A DNA stretch of 51,307 bases from an uncultured Candidatus Saccharibacteria bacterium (GCA_964489845.1 CAZAZV010000003.1:1-51307); one strand, 5' to 3'. Counted from the first letter of the stretch, positions 1-8,946 are shown. Notes: generated by a model not told the origin, from the letters alone. Numbers and translations: made by a program.

Positions 1-1
1 G

Positions 2-72
2 CTGCCGGACAGGGACTCGAACCCCGATACCATGCTCCAGAGGCATGTGTCCTACCATTAGACGATCCGGCA
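2..72 (-). tRNA. tRNA-Gln (anticodon CTG)
   Basis: The reverse complement hand-folds as a cloverleaf. Acceptor TGCCGGA/TCCGGCA, D arm GTCT-AATGGTA-GGAC, anticodon arm CATGC-CTCTGGA-GCATG, T arm CGGGG-TTCGAGT-CCCTG. No CCA is encoded. Confidence 0.8.
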
Positions 73-153
73 ATTGCGTTGCTGTGCCTATCTTACCGCA
101 CTCTCCCGTAAAATTCCAAGCGACATTGATAGAAAAACGGACACGTACGGCAA

Positions 154-162
154 TGGTATAAT
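154..162 (+). promoter_or_regulatory. Putative extended -10 promoter element (TGgTATAAT)
   Basis: TGGTATAAT lies about 48 nt upstream of the ATG at 210. The nearest TTGATA (126-131) is 25 nt away, too far to serve as a -35. Confidence 0.35.
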
Positions 163-209
163 GAGCGTATGCTCACCCAAAGGGCGACAACGGTTATATA
201 CCCTACCAT

Positions 210-491
210 ATGCCTGTAAATGTCATAAAACGAGACGGTTCAAAAGAACCGTTCGACATCGAAAAAGTCCAAACCGTCGTACGAAAAGCCGCGGAGGAAG
301 TCGGGATTGCAGACGACCGCATCGAGGAAATTCTGATGGAAACATCCGAGGCGGCGACTGCAACCACCCAGAATACCAACGAGGTCGCGACGAGCACGAT
401 ACGCGACGAAGTGCTTGCGACGCTCGATGCGCTCGAACCTTCCGTTTCGGAAGCGTGGCGGAAGTACGACGCGGAGTACAAGACGGAATAG
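210..491 (+). CDS. Stand-alone ATP-cone domain protein (93 aa)
   Basis: The N-terminus MPVNVIKRDGSKEPFDIEKV is the typical ATP-cone opening (VxKRDGxxExFdxxKi). It is followed by a terminator hairpin. Confidence 0.8.
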   Translation: MPVNVIKRDGSKEPFDIEKVQTVVRKAAEEVGIADDRIEEILMETSEAATATTQNTNEVATSTIRDEVLATLDALEPSVSEAWRKYDAEYKTE

Positions 492-510
492 TCCTCGCGA
501 CAATGAATTT

Positions 511-541
511 AAAAACCCGGCTCGTGTGAGCCGGGTTTTTA
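511..541. terminator. Bidirectional rho-independent terminator
   Basis: aaaaACCCGGCTCgtgtGAGCCGGGTtttt: a 9-bp GC-rich stem flanked by an A-run and a T-run. It lies between the convergent ATP-cone gene and ftsX. Confidence 0.75.
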
Positions 542-1444
542 TACCTTCAGGTACCGGTGAATTGCGATGGTGCTCGAAACGATGCCGAGCGTGGCGCCCG
601 CGAGTACCTGGTATCCAAGGAAACGTCCGATGCTTCCCAGGAAATACTGCGACAAATCGAACGACGGCACGAAGAGCGCGAGCTGCGGCGAGACGGCTTT
701 CACGACCGGTATGAACAGCACTAAGCTTACTACTGCGGCGATCACGCCGTAGATAATGCCTTCGACGACGTACGGACCCCGGATGAATTGATTCGAGGCG
801 CCCACGACGCGCATAATCCCGATTTGCTCCTTATTCGAGAAAATCGCCAAACTGATGGTGTTGAACGTCACCATCACGGCGAGGAAGACGAGGAAAAGCG
901 TCAGCGCGAGCACTGCCGCGTTCATTCCGTTCAGGAGTTTCTCCAACCTGCTGATGACAAGCGCGTTCTGCGCGTAGGTTACTTTCTGCACGACGTCGGC
1001 GAGCGATGCCGAATCGAGGTACGATGCAATCGAGCTGTAGTCGCTCAAGTCCTTCGCCTTGATGTTGAGTGAAGCGAGGAGCGGGTTGGTGTCAAGCTGG
1101 TCGAGCGTCGCCGCAATCACCGTGTCGCTCGCGTGCGCCGTCTTGAATTCCTGGAGCGCCTCGTCGCGCGAGACATACTCGACCGACTTTACTTCGTTCA
1201 TCCCCTCAATCGTCTTCTTGATGTTCAAAATGTTGTCCTCGCCGACGTTGCTCTTGAAGTACACGCTGATGTCCACCTTGTCTTTCACTTCGGAAACCGC
1301 GTTCGCCGCGAGCGCGTTAAAGAGGATGATGCCCAAGAACACGAAGAGCGTGAGCGTCATCACGCCCACTGTCGTTGCCGAAAGCCACGCATTGCGCCGA
1401 AAACTCTGAAAGCCGTATTTAATGATACGCCAGAGGGTAATCAT
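539..1444 (-). CDS. ftsX: Cell-division ABC transporter permease FtsX
   Basis: 301 aa with an N-terminal TM segment, a large extracytoplasmic loop and three C-terminal TM segments. It overlaps the upstream ftsE stop by 4 nt. Confidence 0.9.
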   Translation of the reverse strand: MITLWRIIKYGFQSFRRNAWLSATTVGVMTLTLFVFLGIILFNALAANAVSEVKDKVDISVYFKSNVGEDNILNIKKTIEGMNEVKSVEYVSRDEALQEFKTAHASDTVIAATLDQLDTNPLLASLNIKAKDLSDYSSIASYLDSASLADVVQKVTYAQNALVISRLEKLLNGMNAAVLALTLFLVFLAVMVTFNTISLAIFSNKEQIGIMRVVGASNQFIRGPYVVEGIIYGVIAAVVSLVLFIPVVKAVSPQLALFVPSFDLSQYFLGSIGRFLGYQVLAGATLGIVSSTIAIHRYLKV

Positions 1445-2133
1445 GAAATATTGAATTCTCCGTGCGCCTCGTCGCTCACGATGGCGCCGTTCTCCAATGT
1501 TATCACCCGCTTCCCCAGCGAATCAATGATTTCCTTATCGTGCGTCGCGAGGAGCACCGTGCTGCCGAGCTCGTTGATTTTGTTGAGTAACCGTATCACC
1601 TCCCATTTATTGAGCGGATCGAGGTTTCCTGTCGGCTCGTCGGCGATGATGACGTCGGGGCGATTGATCATCGCCCGCGCAATCGCGACGCGTTGCTTCT
1701 CCCCTCCCGAAAGCTCCGCGGGGAATTTCGAGAGCTTGTCCTTCAAACCGACGATTTCAAGCACCTGCGGGACAAGCTCGTCTATTTCTGCCTGAGGATA
1801 TCCTTCGGCTTCCAAGACAAAGGCAACGTTTTCAAATGCCGTCTTCCGCTCCAAAAGACGGAAATCCTGGAAGACGACGCCGATGTGCCGCCTGAATTCC
1901 GGCAATTCTTTCGATTTCAGCTTGTCCACCTCGTATGAACCGAAAAAAACCTGCCCCTTGGTGGGTCTATCCTCCCCGATGAGAAGTTTGATGACCGTCG
2001 ACTTTCCCGCACCCGAGCGACCGACGACTGAGACGAACTCTTCCGGCTGTATCTTGAACGTTACCTTATCGAGCGCCGTCGTGGCGCTCCCGTTGTGCCG
2101 ATACTCCTTGCTGACGTTTTTGAACGTAATCAT
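1441..2133 (-). CDS. ftsE: Cell-division ATP-binding protein FtsE
   Basis: Walker A GRSGAGKST, ABC signature LSGGEKQR and Walker B IIADEPTGNLD; 230 aa. Confidence 0.95.
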   Translation of the reverse strand: MITFKNVSKEYRHNGSATTALDKVTFKIQPEEFVSVVGRSGAGKSTVIKLLIGEDRPTKGQVFFGSYEVDKLKSKELPEFRRHIGVVFQDFRLLERKTAFENVAFVLEAEGYPQAEIDELVPQVLEIVGLKDKLSKFPAELSGGEKQRVAIARAMINRPDVIIADEPTGNLDPLNKWEVIRLLNKINELGSTVLLATHDKEIIDSLGKRVITLENGAIVSDEAHGEFNIS

Positions 2134-2142
2134 ACAACCTCA

Positions 2143-2850
2143 CTATTTATTCTTACCTTTCTCAAAGAGCATATCAAGGTTCCCCTTCAGGACTTCCTCT
2201 GCCTTGTTGATTTTTATACCTAAACGGCGGTCCCGTATTTGTTCGTACGGATGGAGAACGTATGAGCGGATTTCGTGTCCCCACTCGGGTGTGACTTTGA
2301 CGCGCAGGTGCGAAATGTCCTCTTCTTGCCTGCGTTCGAGTTCCTTCGCCAATTTCGCTTTCAGGAGCTTCAGTGCCTGTTCCTTATTGCGCGCCTGAGA
2401 ACGCTCCCGCTCCGACGAGGCCGACACGCCGGTCGGTTTGTGAATGATGCGCACCGCGGTCTCCACTTTGTTGACGTTTTGCCCGCCCGGACCCGACGAG
2501 CGCTTGAATTCGTACTTCAAGTCGCTCTCCGGTATCCGGAGCTTGTCCGTCTCAATGTCCTCGAGCTCCGGCAAGGCCTCCACGAGCGCGAACGACGTGT
2601 GCCGGTTCTTCTTCGCGTCGAAGGGGGAAATGCGCACCAGACGATGCACACCCGATTCTTCCTTCAATATCTCGTACGCCTCCTTCCCCCGAATCTCGAT
2701 GGTGTCCTCGTCGATTGCGGCCGCTTTCCATCCCTTCCGCGCCGCGTATCCCGCATACATCCGAAGCAACATCAGCGCCCAGTCCTTTGCGTCATCTCCT
2801 CCCGCTCCAGGGAATGTGGAGATATACACGATGTCGGGGTTGTGCTTCAT
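2143..2850 (-). CDS. prfB: Peptide chain release factor 2, short form lacking N-terminal domain 1 (235 aa)
   Basis: Contains the RF2-type GAGGDDAKDWALMLLRMY motif, the SPF tripeptide (RISPFD) and GGQ (SGPGGQNVNK). Upstream the frame is open for only 14 more codons (stop at 2893-2895). Confidence 0.85.
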   Translation of the reverse strand: MKHNPDIVYISTFPGAGGDDAKDWALMLLRMYAGYAARKGWKAAAIDEDTIEIRGKEAYEILKEESGVHRLVRISPFDAKKNRHTSFALVEALPELEDIETDKLRIPESDLKYEFKRSSGPGGQNVNKVETAVRIIHKPTGVSASSERERSQARNKEQALKLLKAKLAKELERRQEEDISHLRVKVTPEWGHEIRSYVLHPYEQIRDRRLGIKINKAEEVLKGNLDMLFEKGKNK

Positions 2851-2927
2851 AAATAATTTGGTGGTCCCTCGATAAACTCGGGGCGCTCGAATTTATACCA
2901 AAATCAGGGATTTTGATACATTCGGTG

Positions 2928-3000
2928 AGCCACCTCCCGGGTTTGAACCGGGGACCTACGCTTTACGAAAGCGCCGCTCTACCAACTGAGCTAAGGTGGC
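2928..3000 (-). tRNA. tRNA-Thr (anticodon CGT)
   Basis: The reverse complement GCCACCTTAGCTCAGTTGGTAGAGCGGCGCTTTCGTAAAGCGTAGGTCCCCGGTTCAAACCCGGGAGGTGGCT folds as a canonical cloverleaf. The anticodon loop is TTCGTAA. Confidence 0.85.
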
Positions 3001-3006
3001 GGAATA

Positions 3007-3231
3007 TTACCGCTTCTCCACGACCCGGAGCGGAATTCCGCAATTGGGGCATCCGCCGGGTTGGTTCGAAGTATATCCGCAGTTCATGCACTCGTACGTC
3101 GGGTCGTCTTGGTGCTCTTCTTCTTGAGCTGCGGGGGGCATCGGCTGCCCTTCCGGGACCGGTGCTCCGGAAGGCGCCGGCACCTGAGGTACGGCCGATT
3201 TCTTACCGAATAGGTTTTTGAAAAAACTCAT
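3007..3231 (-). CDS. Small zinc-ribbon protein (74 aa)
   Basis: Internal ATG of the 137-aa track ORF: MSFFKNLFGKK... followed by a Pro-rich linker. The C-terminus carries CxxC-x11-CxxC (CMNCGYTSNQPGGCPNCG). The longer version overlaps the SPW ORF in another frame. Confidence 0.6.
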   Translation of the reverse strand: MSFFKNLFGKKSAVPQVPAPSGAPVPEGQPMPPAAQEEEHQDDPTYECMNCGYTSNQPGGCPNCGIPLRVVEKR

Positions 3232-3269
3232 GAATCTTTCGATGGCGACGACCTTTCCTCGCCTCTCTT

Positions 3270-3425
3270 CTATTGTGCCATATTCCAGAGCGCCATCACA
3301 ACTGCCACCGTTCCCACGACGATGCTGTTCCACGCGACGAGGTTGTAACTCGCGTATCCCAGAATCCACGGGGAGGCGATGAGCCACGCACCGGCGCCAA
3401 GCATCACCCAGTTGTTCCATTTCAT
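3270..3425 (-). CDS. SPW-repeat small membrane protein (51 aa), absent from the ORF track
   Basis: Hand translation gives MKWNNWVMLGAGAWLIASPWILGYASYNLVAWNSIVVGTVAVVMALWNMAQ*. It has two hydrophobic helices and the SPW motif (ASPWILGY). Confidence 0.6.
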   Translation of the reverse strand: MKWNNWVMLGAGAWLIASPWILGYASYNLVAWNSIVVGTVAVVMALWNMAQ

Positions 3426-3435
3426 ACGCATCGTG

Positions 3436-4167
3436 TTATGAGTTCAAGAGGGCATCAATGAGCACCCTCACCTCCGCATACGATTCCGCTCCCGCTATGA
3501 CGGTGGATTTGTTCCCTGCCACGACGACGGAAAACGGCGTCCCGACGCTGCCTCGCCCGTACTGCGCCTCCCATTGCACTAATTTCTCCACGTCGGCAAG
3601 GTCTCTGTTTACCCGCGCCTCCATGTCAGGATTTCCCATGCATGCGTTGAAATCGCCCGCTGGCACGCCCGCCTCTCCGGCGTACGTCGGGAGGAGCGAC
3701 AGGTTGAGCCCGTTATTCGACGGTGTCGTCGCGTACACCGTATCGATGAATTTCCAAAACGCGTCGTTGCCGCCGAGTTTCCCGACGCACTCGCTCGCGA
3801 CCGCTTCTTCCGGCGCCTGGCTGTGCAACTGCTGAATCGGGAACTGGCGATACACCCATGCCACTTTGTCGCCGTAATTTTGTACCACCTCCTGCAGCGT
3901 CGCATGGAATGCTTTGCAGAACGGGCACTCCAAGTCGGAGTACTCCACGATAACCACCTTCGGATTCGTGCTGCCGCGGACGTAATCGTCGGGACCGACG
4001 GGGCGGATGTTGTCCGCGACGTTTTCCCTGATGCCGTTTGCCCCTGCGACGTTCGCCTCGCCGTTTCCCGTGTGCCCATGGCCTATGGTAAAAAGCAGCG
4101 CGCCCGATATAAGTATCGCGGCGACGATGATACCGAGCGGCAGCAATCTCTGGTTCTGCACGCCCAT
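3436..4167 (-). CDS. DsbA-family thiol:disulfide oxidoreductase, membrane-anchored (243 aa)
   Basis: Starts at MGVQNQRLLPLGIIVAAILISG (TM anchor) and carries a CPFC active site in a thioredoxin fold. The rest of the 594-aa track ORF is antisense to the + strand transferase gene. Confidence 0.85.
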   Translation of the reverse strand: MGVQNQRLLPLGIIVAAILISGALLFTIGHGHTGNGEANVAGANGIRENVADNIRPVGPDDYVRGSTNPKVVIVEYSDLECPFCKAFHATLQEVVQNYGDKVAWVYRQFPIQQLHSQAPEEAVASECVGKLGGNDAFWKFIDTVYATTPSNNGLNLSLLPTYAGEAGVPAGDFNACMGNPDMEARVNRDLADVEKLVQWEAQYGRGSVGTPFSVVVAGNKSTVIAGAESYAEVRVLIDALLNS

Positions 4168-4218
4168 CACGATACCATAAACTTGCCTCTTAGTCCATTG
4201 GGGAGATACACTGAAGGG

Positions 4219-5529
4219 GTGAGAAAATTCGTCATATTTTTGGGGGACATCGTGCTCCTTTACGGAGCGCTTGCCTTGATGCTCCTCGTCCGATACGGTG
4301 TGTCGAATTACCGCGCCGAACTTTCCGTGCACCTGGAGCCCTTTTCCATCATCTTCGTCGTGTGGCTCCTCACGCTCTACCTTTTCAATCTCTACCACTA
4401 CAAGCGGCTCCGGTCGACGCTCCTCCTGCAGAACGTCGCGCTCGCCGGACTTGTCGCCGGTCTCTTTTCGATGGCGCTCTTTTACTTCTTCCCGACCTTC
4501 TTCGGCTTCACGCCGAAGGTCAACCTCATCCTCTTCTCGCTCATCTTCATCGTGCTTAAGTACGGGTGGCAGTATCTCGCCATCGCGAGCATTTTCCCGC
4601 AGGCGGCGGTGAAGCTGCTTATCATCGGCGATTCCCCCGCCGTCTCGCGCACGGTTGACTTCATCGGGCAACACCCCCATCTCGGTTACCGCGTCGTGTA
4701 CCGCATCGAGAACCCGTCGGGAATTTCCTTCGCCCGCGTCCGGGAACTCGTACAGGAATACGACATACGCCTCATCGTCGCGCGTGACACGCTCATCGAT
4801 TCCGAACAGCTTACCGCATCGCTCTATCGCCTCCTGCCAGAGGGCGTGAATATCATGCCTTTCTCCGCCTTTTACGAAGAGGTATTCGAATCCGTCTGCC
4901 TCCCCGAGCTCACGGAGGCGTGGTTCATCGCGAATGTCGTCATTCACCGGCCGTTCTACGACCGCATCAAGCGATTTATAGACGTTGTCTTCGCCTGCCT
5001 CTCTTCCGTACTGCTCTCGCCGTTCTCCATCCTCGCGGCGCTTTCCATCCGTCTCACCTCCCCCGGCCCCATTATTTTCAAGCAGGAGCGGGTCGGCAAA
5101 GACGGAAAGTTCACGCTCTACAAGTTCCGCACCATGCGCGAGGGAGCGCAAGGACCGCTCGTCACGGAAGAAAAAGACCGCCGCATCACCGCCGTCGGCA
5201 AGGTTCTCCGTGCCACGCACCTCGATGAACTTCCGCAGCTCTGGAACATGCTTCGCGGGGATATTTCACTCATCGGTCCCCGTCCCGAAGCGCGGGAACT
5301 CGCGGAACGATACCGGGAACTTCCCTATTACGACATACGCCACATCGTGAAGCCCGGCCTCACCGGCTGGGCGCAGGTCAACTTCAAACCGAGCACCACA
5401 CTCGAGGAGGCGCAGGAAAAGTTAGGGTATGATATCTACTACATCAAGAATCGCTCTCTTTTCCTCGACTTCATGATCACCATCCGGACCATACGCTATC
5501 TTTTTACCAATGACCGCGGCACGCCTTAA
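4219..5529 (+). CDS. Polyprenyl-phosphate glycosyl-1-phosphate transferase (WbaP/EPS sugar transferase family)
   Basis: N-terminal TM segments plus the C-terminal bacterial sugar-transferase motifs KRFIDVVFA...SPGPIIFKQERVGKDGKFTLYKFRTM...DELPQLWNMLRGDISLIGPRP. The GTG start at 4219 is proposed (GGAG about 14 nt upstream) and is uncertain. Confidence 0.85.
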   Translation: MRKFVIFLGDIVLLYGALALMLLVRYGVSNYRAELSVHLEPFSIIFVVWLLTLYLFNLYHYKRLRSTLLLQNVALAGLVAGLFSMALFYFFPTFFGFTPKVNLILFSLIFIVLKYGWQYLAIASIFPQAAVKLLIIGDSPAVSRTVDFIGQHPHLGYRVVYRIENPSGISFARVRELVQEYDIRLIVARDTLIDSEQLTASLYRLLPEGVNIMPFSAFYEEVFESVCLPELTEAWFIANVVIHRPFYDRIKRFIDVVFACLSSVLLSPFSILAALSIRLTSPGPIIFKQERVGKDGKFTLYKFRTMREGAQGPLVTEEKDRRITAVGKVLRATHLDELPQLWNMLRGDISLIGPRPEARELAERYRELPYYDIRHIVKPGLTGWAQVNFKPSTTLEEAQEKLGYDIYYIKNRSLFLDFMITIRTIRYLFTNDRGTP

Positions 5530-6997
5530 AGAACTCTTCCTCAAAAACACGAGTACCCGGCAGACCTTCGTGAAAAATACCTTCTGGCTCTCTATGGGAG
5601 AAGTCGGAAGCCGTATCCTGCGCGCAATCGTTGTCATTTACGCGGCGCGCGTCCTCGGCGCCGCCGGCTACGGCGCATTCTCGTATCTCGTCGGCCTCGC
5701 CGGCTTTTTCACCATTTTCGCGGATATCGGTGTCCGCCAGATTATGATACGGAGCGTGAGCCAGCACCCCGACAAAGCCGACGCGTACTTCGCCACGGCG
5801 TTCTGGCTGAAGGTCGCGCTCCTCGTCGTCACCTCGCTCATCGTCATCTTCGTCGCGCCGCAGTTCTCGAAGATTCCGGAAGCGGCGGCGCTCCTCCCGC
5901 TCGTCGCCCTCCTCACCATCTTCGACAATGTGCGCGAGTTCTCCGCGGGCTATTTCAGAGGCAGAGAGCGTATGCAATTCGAGACGCTCCTCACGTTCTC
6001 GACCAACATCGCCATCATGCTCTTCGGCTTCATCATTCTCTTCGCCGCGCCGACCGTCACTGCCTTCACGCTTACCTACGTCCTCGCGGCGGGAGTCGGC
6101 ACCGTCCTGGGCATCGTGCTCCTGCGGCGCGAATTCGCGAAGGTCATCGCCGCTTTCAATCCCGCACTCATCATGCCCATCCTGCGCGCCGCATGGCCCG
6201 TCGCGCTCCTCGGCAGCTTGGGCGCGTTTATGTTGAACACTGACGTCGTGGTGCTCAACTTTTACCGCACCGCGGCGGAAATCGGTTACTACGCGGCGGA
6301 CCAAAAAATCGTCCAGCTTTTGTATATCATCCCCACCATCATCGCGGCTGGCGCGTTCCCCGTTTTTTCGCGGTTCGTGCAGGAAGAGCGCCCGCGTATC
6401 CGCGCGCTCTTCGAGAAAGTGGTGCGTATCACGTTCCTCCTCGCGCTCCCCATCGTGGTCGGCGGCCTCGTACTCGCTCCGAGCATTATCCGATTCCTCT
6501 ACGGTTCTTCGTACCTCCCCGCCACCTCGGCGTTTCGACTTCTTCTCCTCACGCCACTCATCCTCTTCCCTGGCGTTATTATGAGCAACTTCCTCCTCGC
6601 CCGTAACGAACAGAAGCGCATCGCCCCGTTCGTCATCGGCACATCGGTCGGAAACATTCTCTTCGACATGCTCCTCATTCCTCCCTACGGCATCGCCGGG
6701 TCTGCGGTCGCGACGCTCCTCGCGCAGCTCATCTACAACGGCGGCGTTTACCTTACTATGCGGCGGCTTATGCCGTTCTCGCTCACCGCGCGTCTGTCGA
6801 TTCCCGTTTCCTCGGTGGTTTTTATGGGCATTTCCGCCATTGCGCTCCAGTTTTTCGACGTCAACGTCGTCGCAAACGTTATTATCTCTCTCGCTATCTA
6901 CATCGGTCTTCTGTACCTCCTCGGCGAGGACTTGGTGGATGAATTCAAGAAGGTCTTTACTCGGCGATCCACCGAGCATACCACAGAGAAAGCGTGA
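5510..6997 (+). CDS. MOP-superfamily oligosaccharide flippase (Wzx-like), 495 aa
   Basis: About 12-14 hydrophobic segments and an N-terminus typical of polysaccharide biosynthesis proteins (FVKNTFWLSMGEVGSRILR). It overlaps the previous gene by 20 nt. Confidence 0.85.
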   Translation: MTAARLKELFLKNTSTRQTFVKNTFWLSMGEVGSRILRAIVVIYAARVLGAAGYGAFSYLVGLAGFFTIFADIGVRQIMIRSVSQHPDKADAYFATAFWLKVALLVVTSLIVIFVAPQFSKIPEAAALLPLVALLTIFDNVREFSAGYFRGRERMQFETLLTFSTNIAIMLFGFIILFAAPTVTAFTLTYVLAAGVGTVLGIVLLRREFAKVIAAFNPALIMPILRAAWPVALLGSLGAFMLNTDVVVLNFYRTAAEIGYYAADQKIVQLLYIIPTIIAAGAFPVFSRFVQEERPRIRALFEKVVRITFLLALPIVVGGLVLAPSIIRFLYGSSYLPATSAFRLLLLTPLILFPGVIMSNFLLARNEQKRIAPFVIGTSVGNILFDMLLIPPYGIAGSAVATLLAQLIYNGGVYLTMRRLMPFSLTARLSIPVSSVVFMGISAIALQFFDVNVVANVIISLAIYIGLLYLLGEDLVDEFKKVFTRRSTEHTTEKA

Positions 6998-8876
6998 TGA
7001 GATTCCAGATGCGGAACGAGTGGTCTGCCTTCCCCGCGCGGTGAGCTTTGAATAATTCCTCCACGTAATCGCCGTTTATCACGTGCTCCGCCTTGAACGG
7101 CGATTCGTCGAGCACGCGGCGGAGCGGCGCAAGCATTTCGTCGTGCCGGAGCCACTCGGAAAGCGGCGCGCCGAATCCCTGCTTCGGGCGATGCATGATG
7201 TTGTCGGGAACGATTCCCCGGAGCGCTTGTTTCAGCACGTGCTTCGTCTCGCCTTCTCCGAGTTTCACCGACTGCGGCATCGCAAGCGCGAGTTCGACGA
7301 GTCGCGTGTCGAGGAACGGCACGCGCGTCTCGACTGAGTGCGCCATCGCCATCCGGTCAACTCGCTGCAAAAGAAATTCCGGGAGGCGGAGCTTGAGGTC
7401 GACGTACGTCATATACGTGAGAAAATCAGCCCCTTCCGTATCTTCACGGACTTCTTTATAGAGAGATTTCACGATTTCGTACTCGTGCCCTACCGCAAGA
7501 GCATCCCTATATTCACTGGTCAGCAACGCTTCCTTCTGCGTCGGCGTGAACGCGATAGCGTGTCCCCAATACGGTTCCTCGCCCGAGGCGAGGCGGCGTG
7601 CATACTCCGCCGCGAAATCGTTTCCCGAGGCGCGGAGCAATGCGTACGGTACGCGCCGCATGGTCTGCGGTATATGTTCCGCGAAACGCCACAGTCGCTC
7701 GTGCAGACGGAGCGCCTTCACCGTTGCGTCGTAACCGGTAAAGAGCTCATCCGAGCCCTCTCCCACCTGTGCGACAATCACGCCGCTTTCGCGGATGAGT
7801 TTTGAAAGATAATACACAAGGAACGTAATCGGGTCGCCGTTCGGGTCGTCGAAATGTTTCGCATACTCCGGGAGGAATCCGGTGAGGTCTCCGTATTCGA
7901 CGTATCGCTCGTGCTGCTTGGCGCCAAGCATCTCTCCCACTTGTCGTGCGTACTTCAGCTCGTCATACTTCTCGCCATATCCTTTTGCCGCGATGGAAAA
8001 TGTTTCCACCGGTTCGCCGAGCGCCTTGCTCATCAGAAACGCGTTCGCCGACGAGTCGATGCCACCGGACAGGAAACATCCGAAGGGAACGTCGGATACC
8101 ATCTGTTTTTCTATCGAGTCGGTCAATATGCTCCGTACCTCCTCCGCGTATTCATTCTCGCTCGTGCGTGCAGATGGTCTTCGCGCAGCCGAGAGCGGAT
8201 TCCAATACGATTCGACGAGCGGTTCTTTGCCTTCGCGAACGAAGAGCGTGCTCGCGGCGGGAAGTTTGTACACGTCCTCAAAGAGCGTGTACGGCGCGGG
8301 GAGCGAGGCGAAGGTGAGATAGTACGAAACATGCTTTTTTGCGAAGCGCTTCCGAAACGCCGGATGCGCGAGGAGCGCCTTGATTTCCGAGCCGAAGTAC
8401 AGCGTGCCGTCTTGCACCGCGTAGTAGAAGGGCTTCACGCCCACGTGGTCCCGCGCGGCGAAGAAGGTTTTCCGCTTGTCGTCCCAGAGCGCGAAGGCGA
8501 ACATGCCATTGAACCGTTTCACGCAGTCCGCGCCGTATTCTTCATAGGCATGGACGATGATCTCCGTGTCCCCGTGAGAAACGAATTTATGCCCCTTCTT
8601 CTCGAGTTCTGCGCGCAGTTCTTTGAAGTTGTAAATTTCGCCGTTGTAAATGACTTGCACCGAGCCGTCCTCGTTTGCGAGGGGCTGTGCCGCCGCGTCT
8701 GAGAGGTCGATGATTTTGAGACGGCGATGTCCCAAGCCGACTTTGCCGTCGGGAGACACGTAGAGCCCTGCCCCGTCGGGGCCGCGGTGCGCGAGCGTAT
8801 CGCGCATCTTCACGACCGCGCGCTCATCCACCCGTTTTTCGTTCTTGAAATGGTATATTCCCGCTATGCCGCACAT
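6957..8876 (-). CDS. asnB: Asparagine synthase (glutamine-hydrolysing) family amidotransferase
   Basis: MCGIAGI N-terminal nucleophile and the SGGIDSS PP-loop; 639 aa. The 3' end overlaps the convergent flippase gene by 41 nt. Confidence 0.9.
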   Translation of the reverse strand: MCGIAGIYHFKNEKRVDERAVVKMRDTLAHRGPDGAGLYVSPDGKVGLGHRRLKIIDLSDAAAQPLANEDGSVQVIYNGEIYNFKELRAELEKKGHKFVSHGDTEIIVHAYEEYGADCVKRFNGMFAFALWDDKRKTFFAARDHVGVKPFYYAVQDGTLYFGSEIKALLAHPAFRKRFAKKHVSYYLTFASLPAPYTLFEDVYKLPAASTLFVREGKEPLVESYWNPLSAARRPSARTSENEYAEEVRSILTDSIEKQMVSDVPFGCFLSGGIDSSANAFLMSKALGEPVETFSIAAKGYGEKYDELKYARQVGEMLGAKQHERYVEYGDLTGFLPEYAKHFDDPNGDPITFLVYYLSKLIRESGVIVAQVGEGSDELFTGYDATVKALRLHERLWRFAEHIPQTMRRVPYALLRASGNDFAAEYARRLASGEEPYWGHAIAFTPTQKEALLTSEYRDALAVGHEYEIVKSLYKEVREDTEGADFLTYMTYVDLKLRLPEFLLQRVDRMAMAHSVETRVPFLDTRLVELALAMPQSVKLGEGETKHVLKQALRGIVPDNIMHRPKQGFGAPLSEWLRHDEMLAPLRRVLDESPFKAEHVINGDYVEELFKAHRAGKADHSFRIWNLITLSLWYARWIAE

Positions 8877-8902
8877 ACGTTCATTGTATCCGCAACGGCT
8901 TT

Positions 8903-8946
8903 GAAAACAAAAGAGTCCCGCTCTGCCGACTGGCGGAGACGGGACC
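8903..8946 (-). terminator. Rho-independent terminator
   Basis: On the minus strand, an imperfect GC-rich stem GTCCCGTCTCCGCC..GGCAGAGCGGGAC is followed by TCTTTTGTTTTC. It lies downstream of the 8962 gene. Confidence 0.6.

Noticed and set aside
2851-2927. Programmed +1 frameshift site or a missing first exon of prfB
   Set aside because: I found no CTTTGA slippery site and no upstream ORF0. An in-frame stop lies 14 codons upstream and a tRNA gene occupies the next segment, so the short form is genuine in this assembly.
3436-5220. 594-aa minus-strand ORF
   Set aside because: Only the last 243 codons (3436-4167) are protein-like (TM anchor plus CPFC thioredoxin fold). The remainder is Arg/Glu/Asp-rich and lies antisense to the well-supported + strand sugar transferase, so it is a high-GC shadow ORF.
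5504-6979. 491-aa minus-strand ORF antisense to the flippase gene
   Set aside because: Its composition is extremely biased towards D/E/R/G with no motifs. The opposite strand encodes a coherent multi-TM MOP flippase.
6957-6997. 41-nt overlap of the convergent 3' ends of the flippase and asnB genes
   Set aside because: The overlap is real in the sequence, but convergent overlaps of this size are common in compact genomes. No additional signal such as a hairpin was seen.
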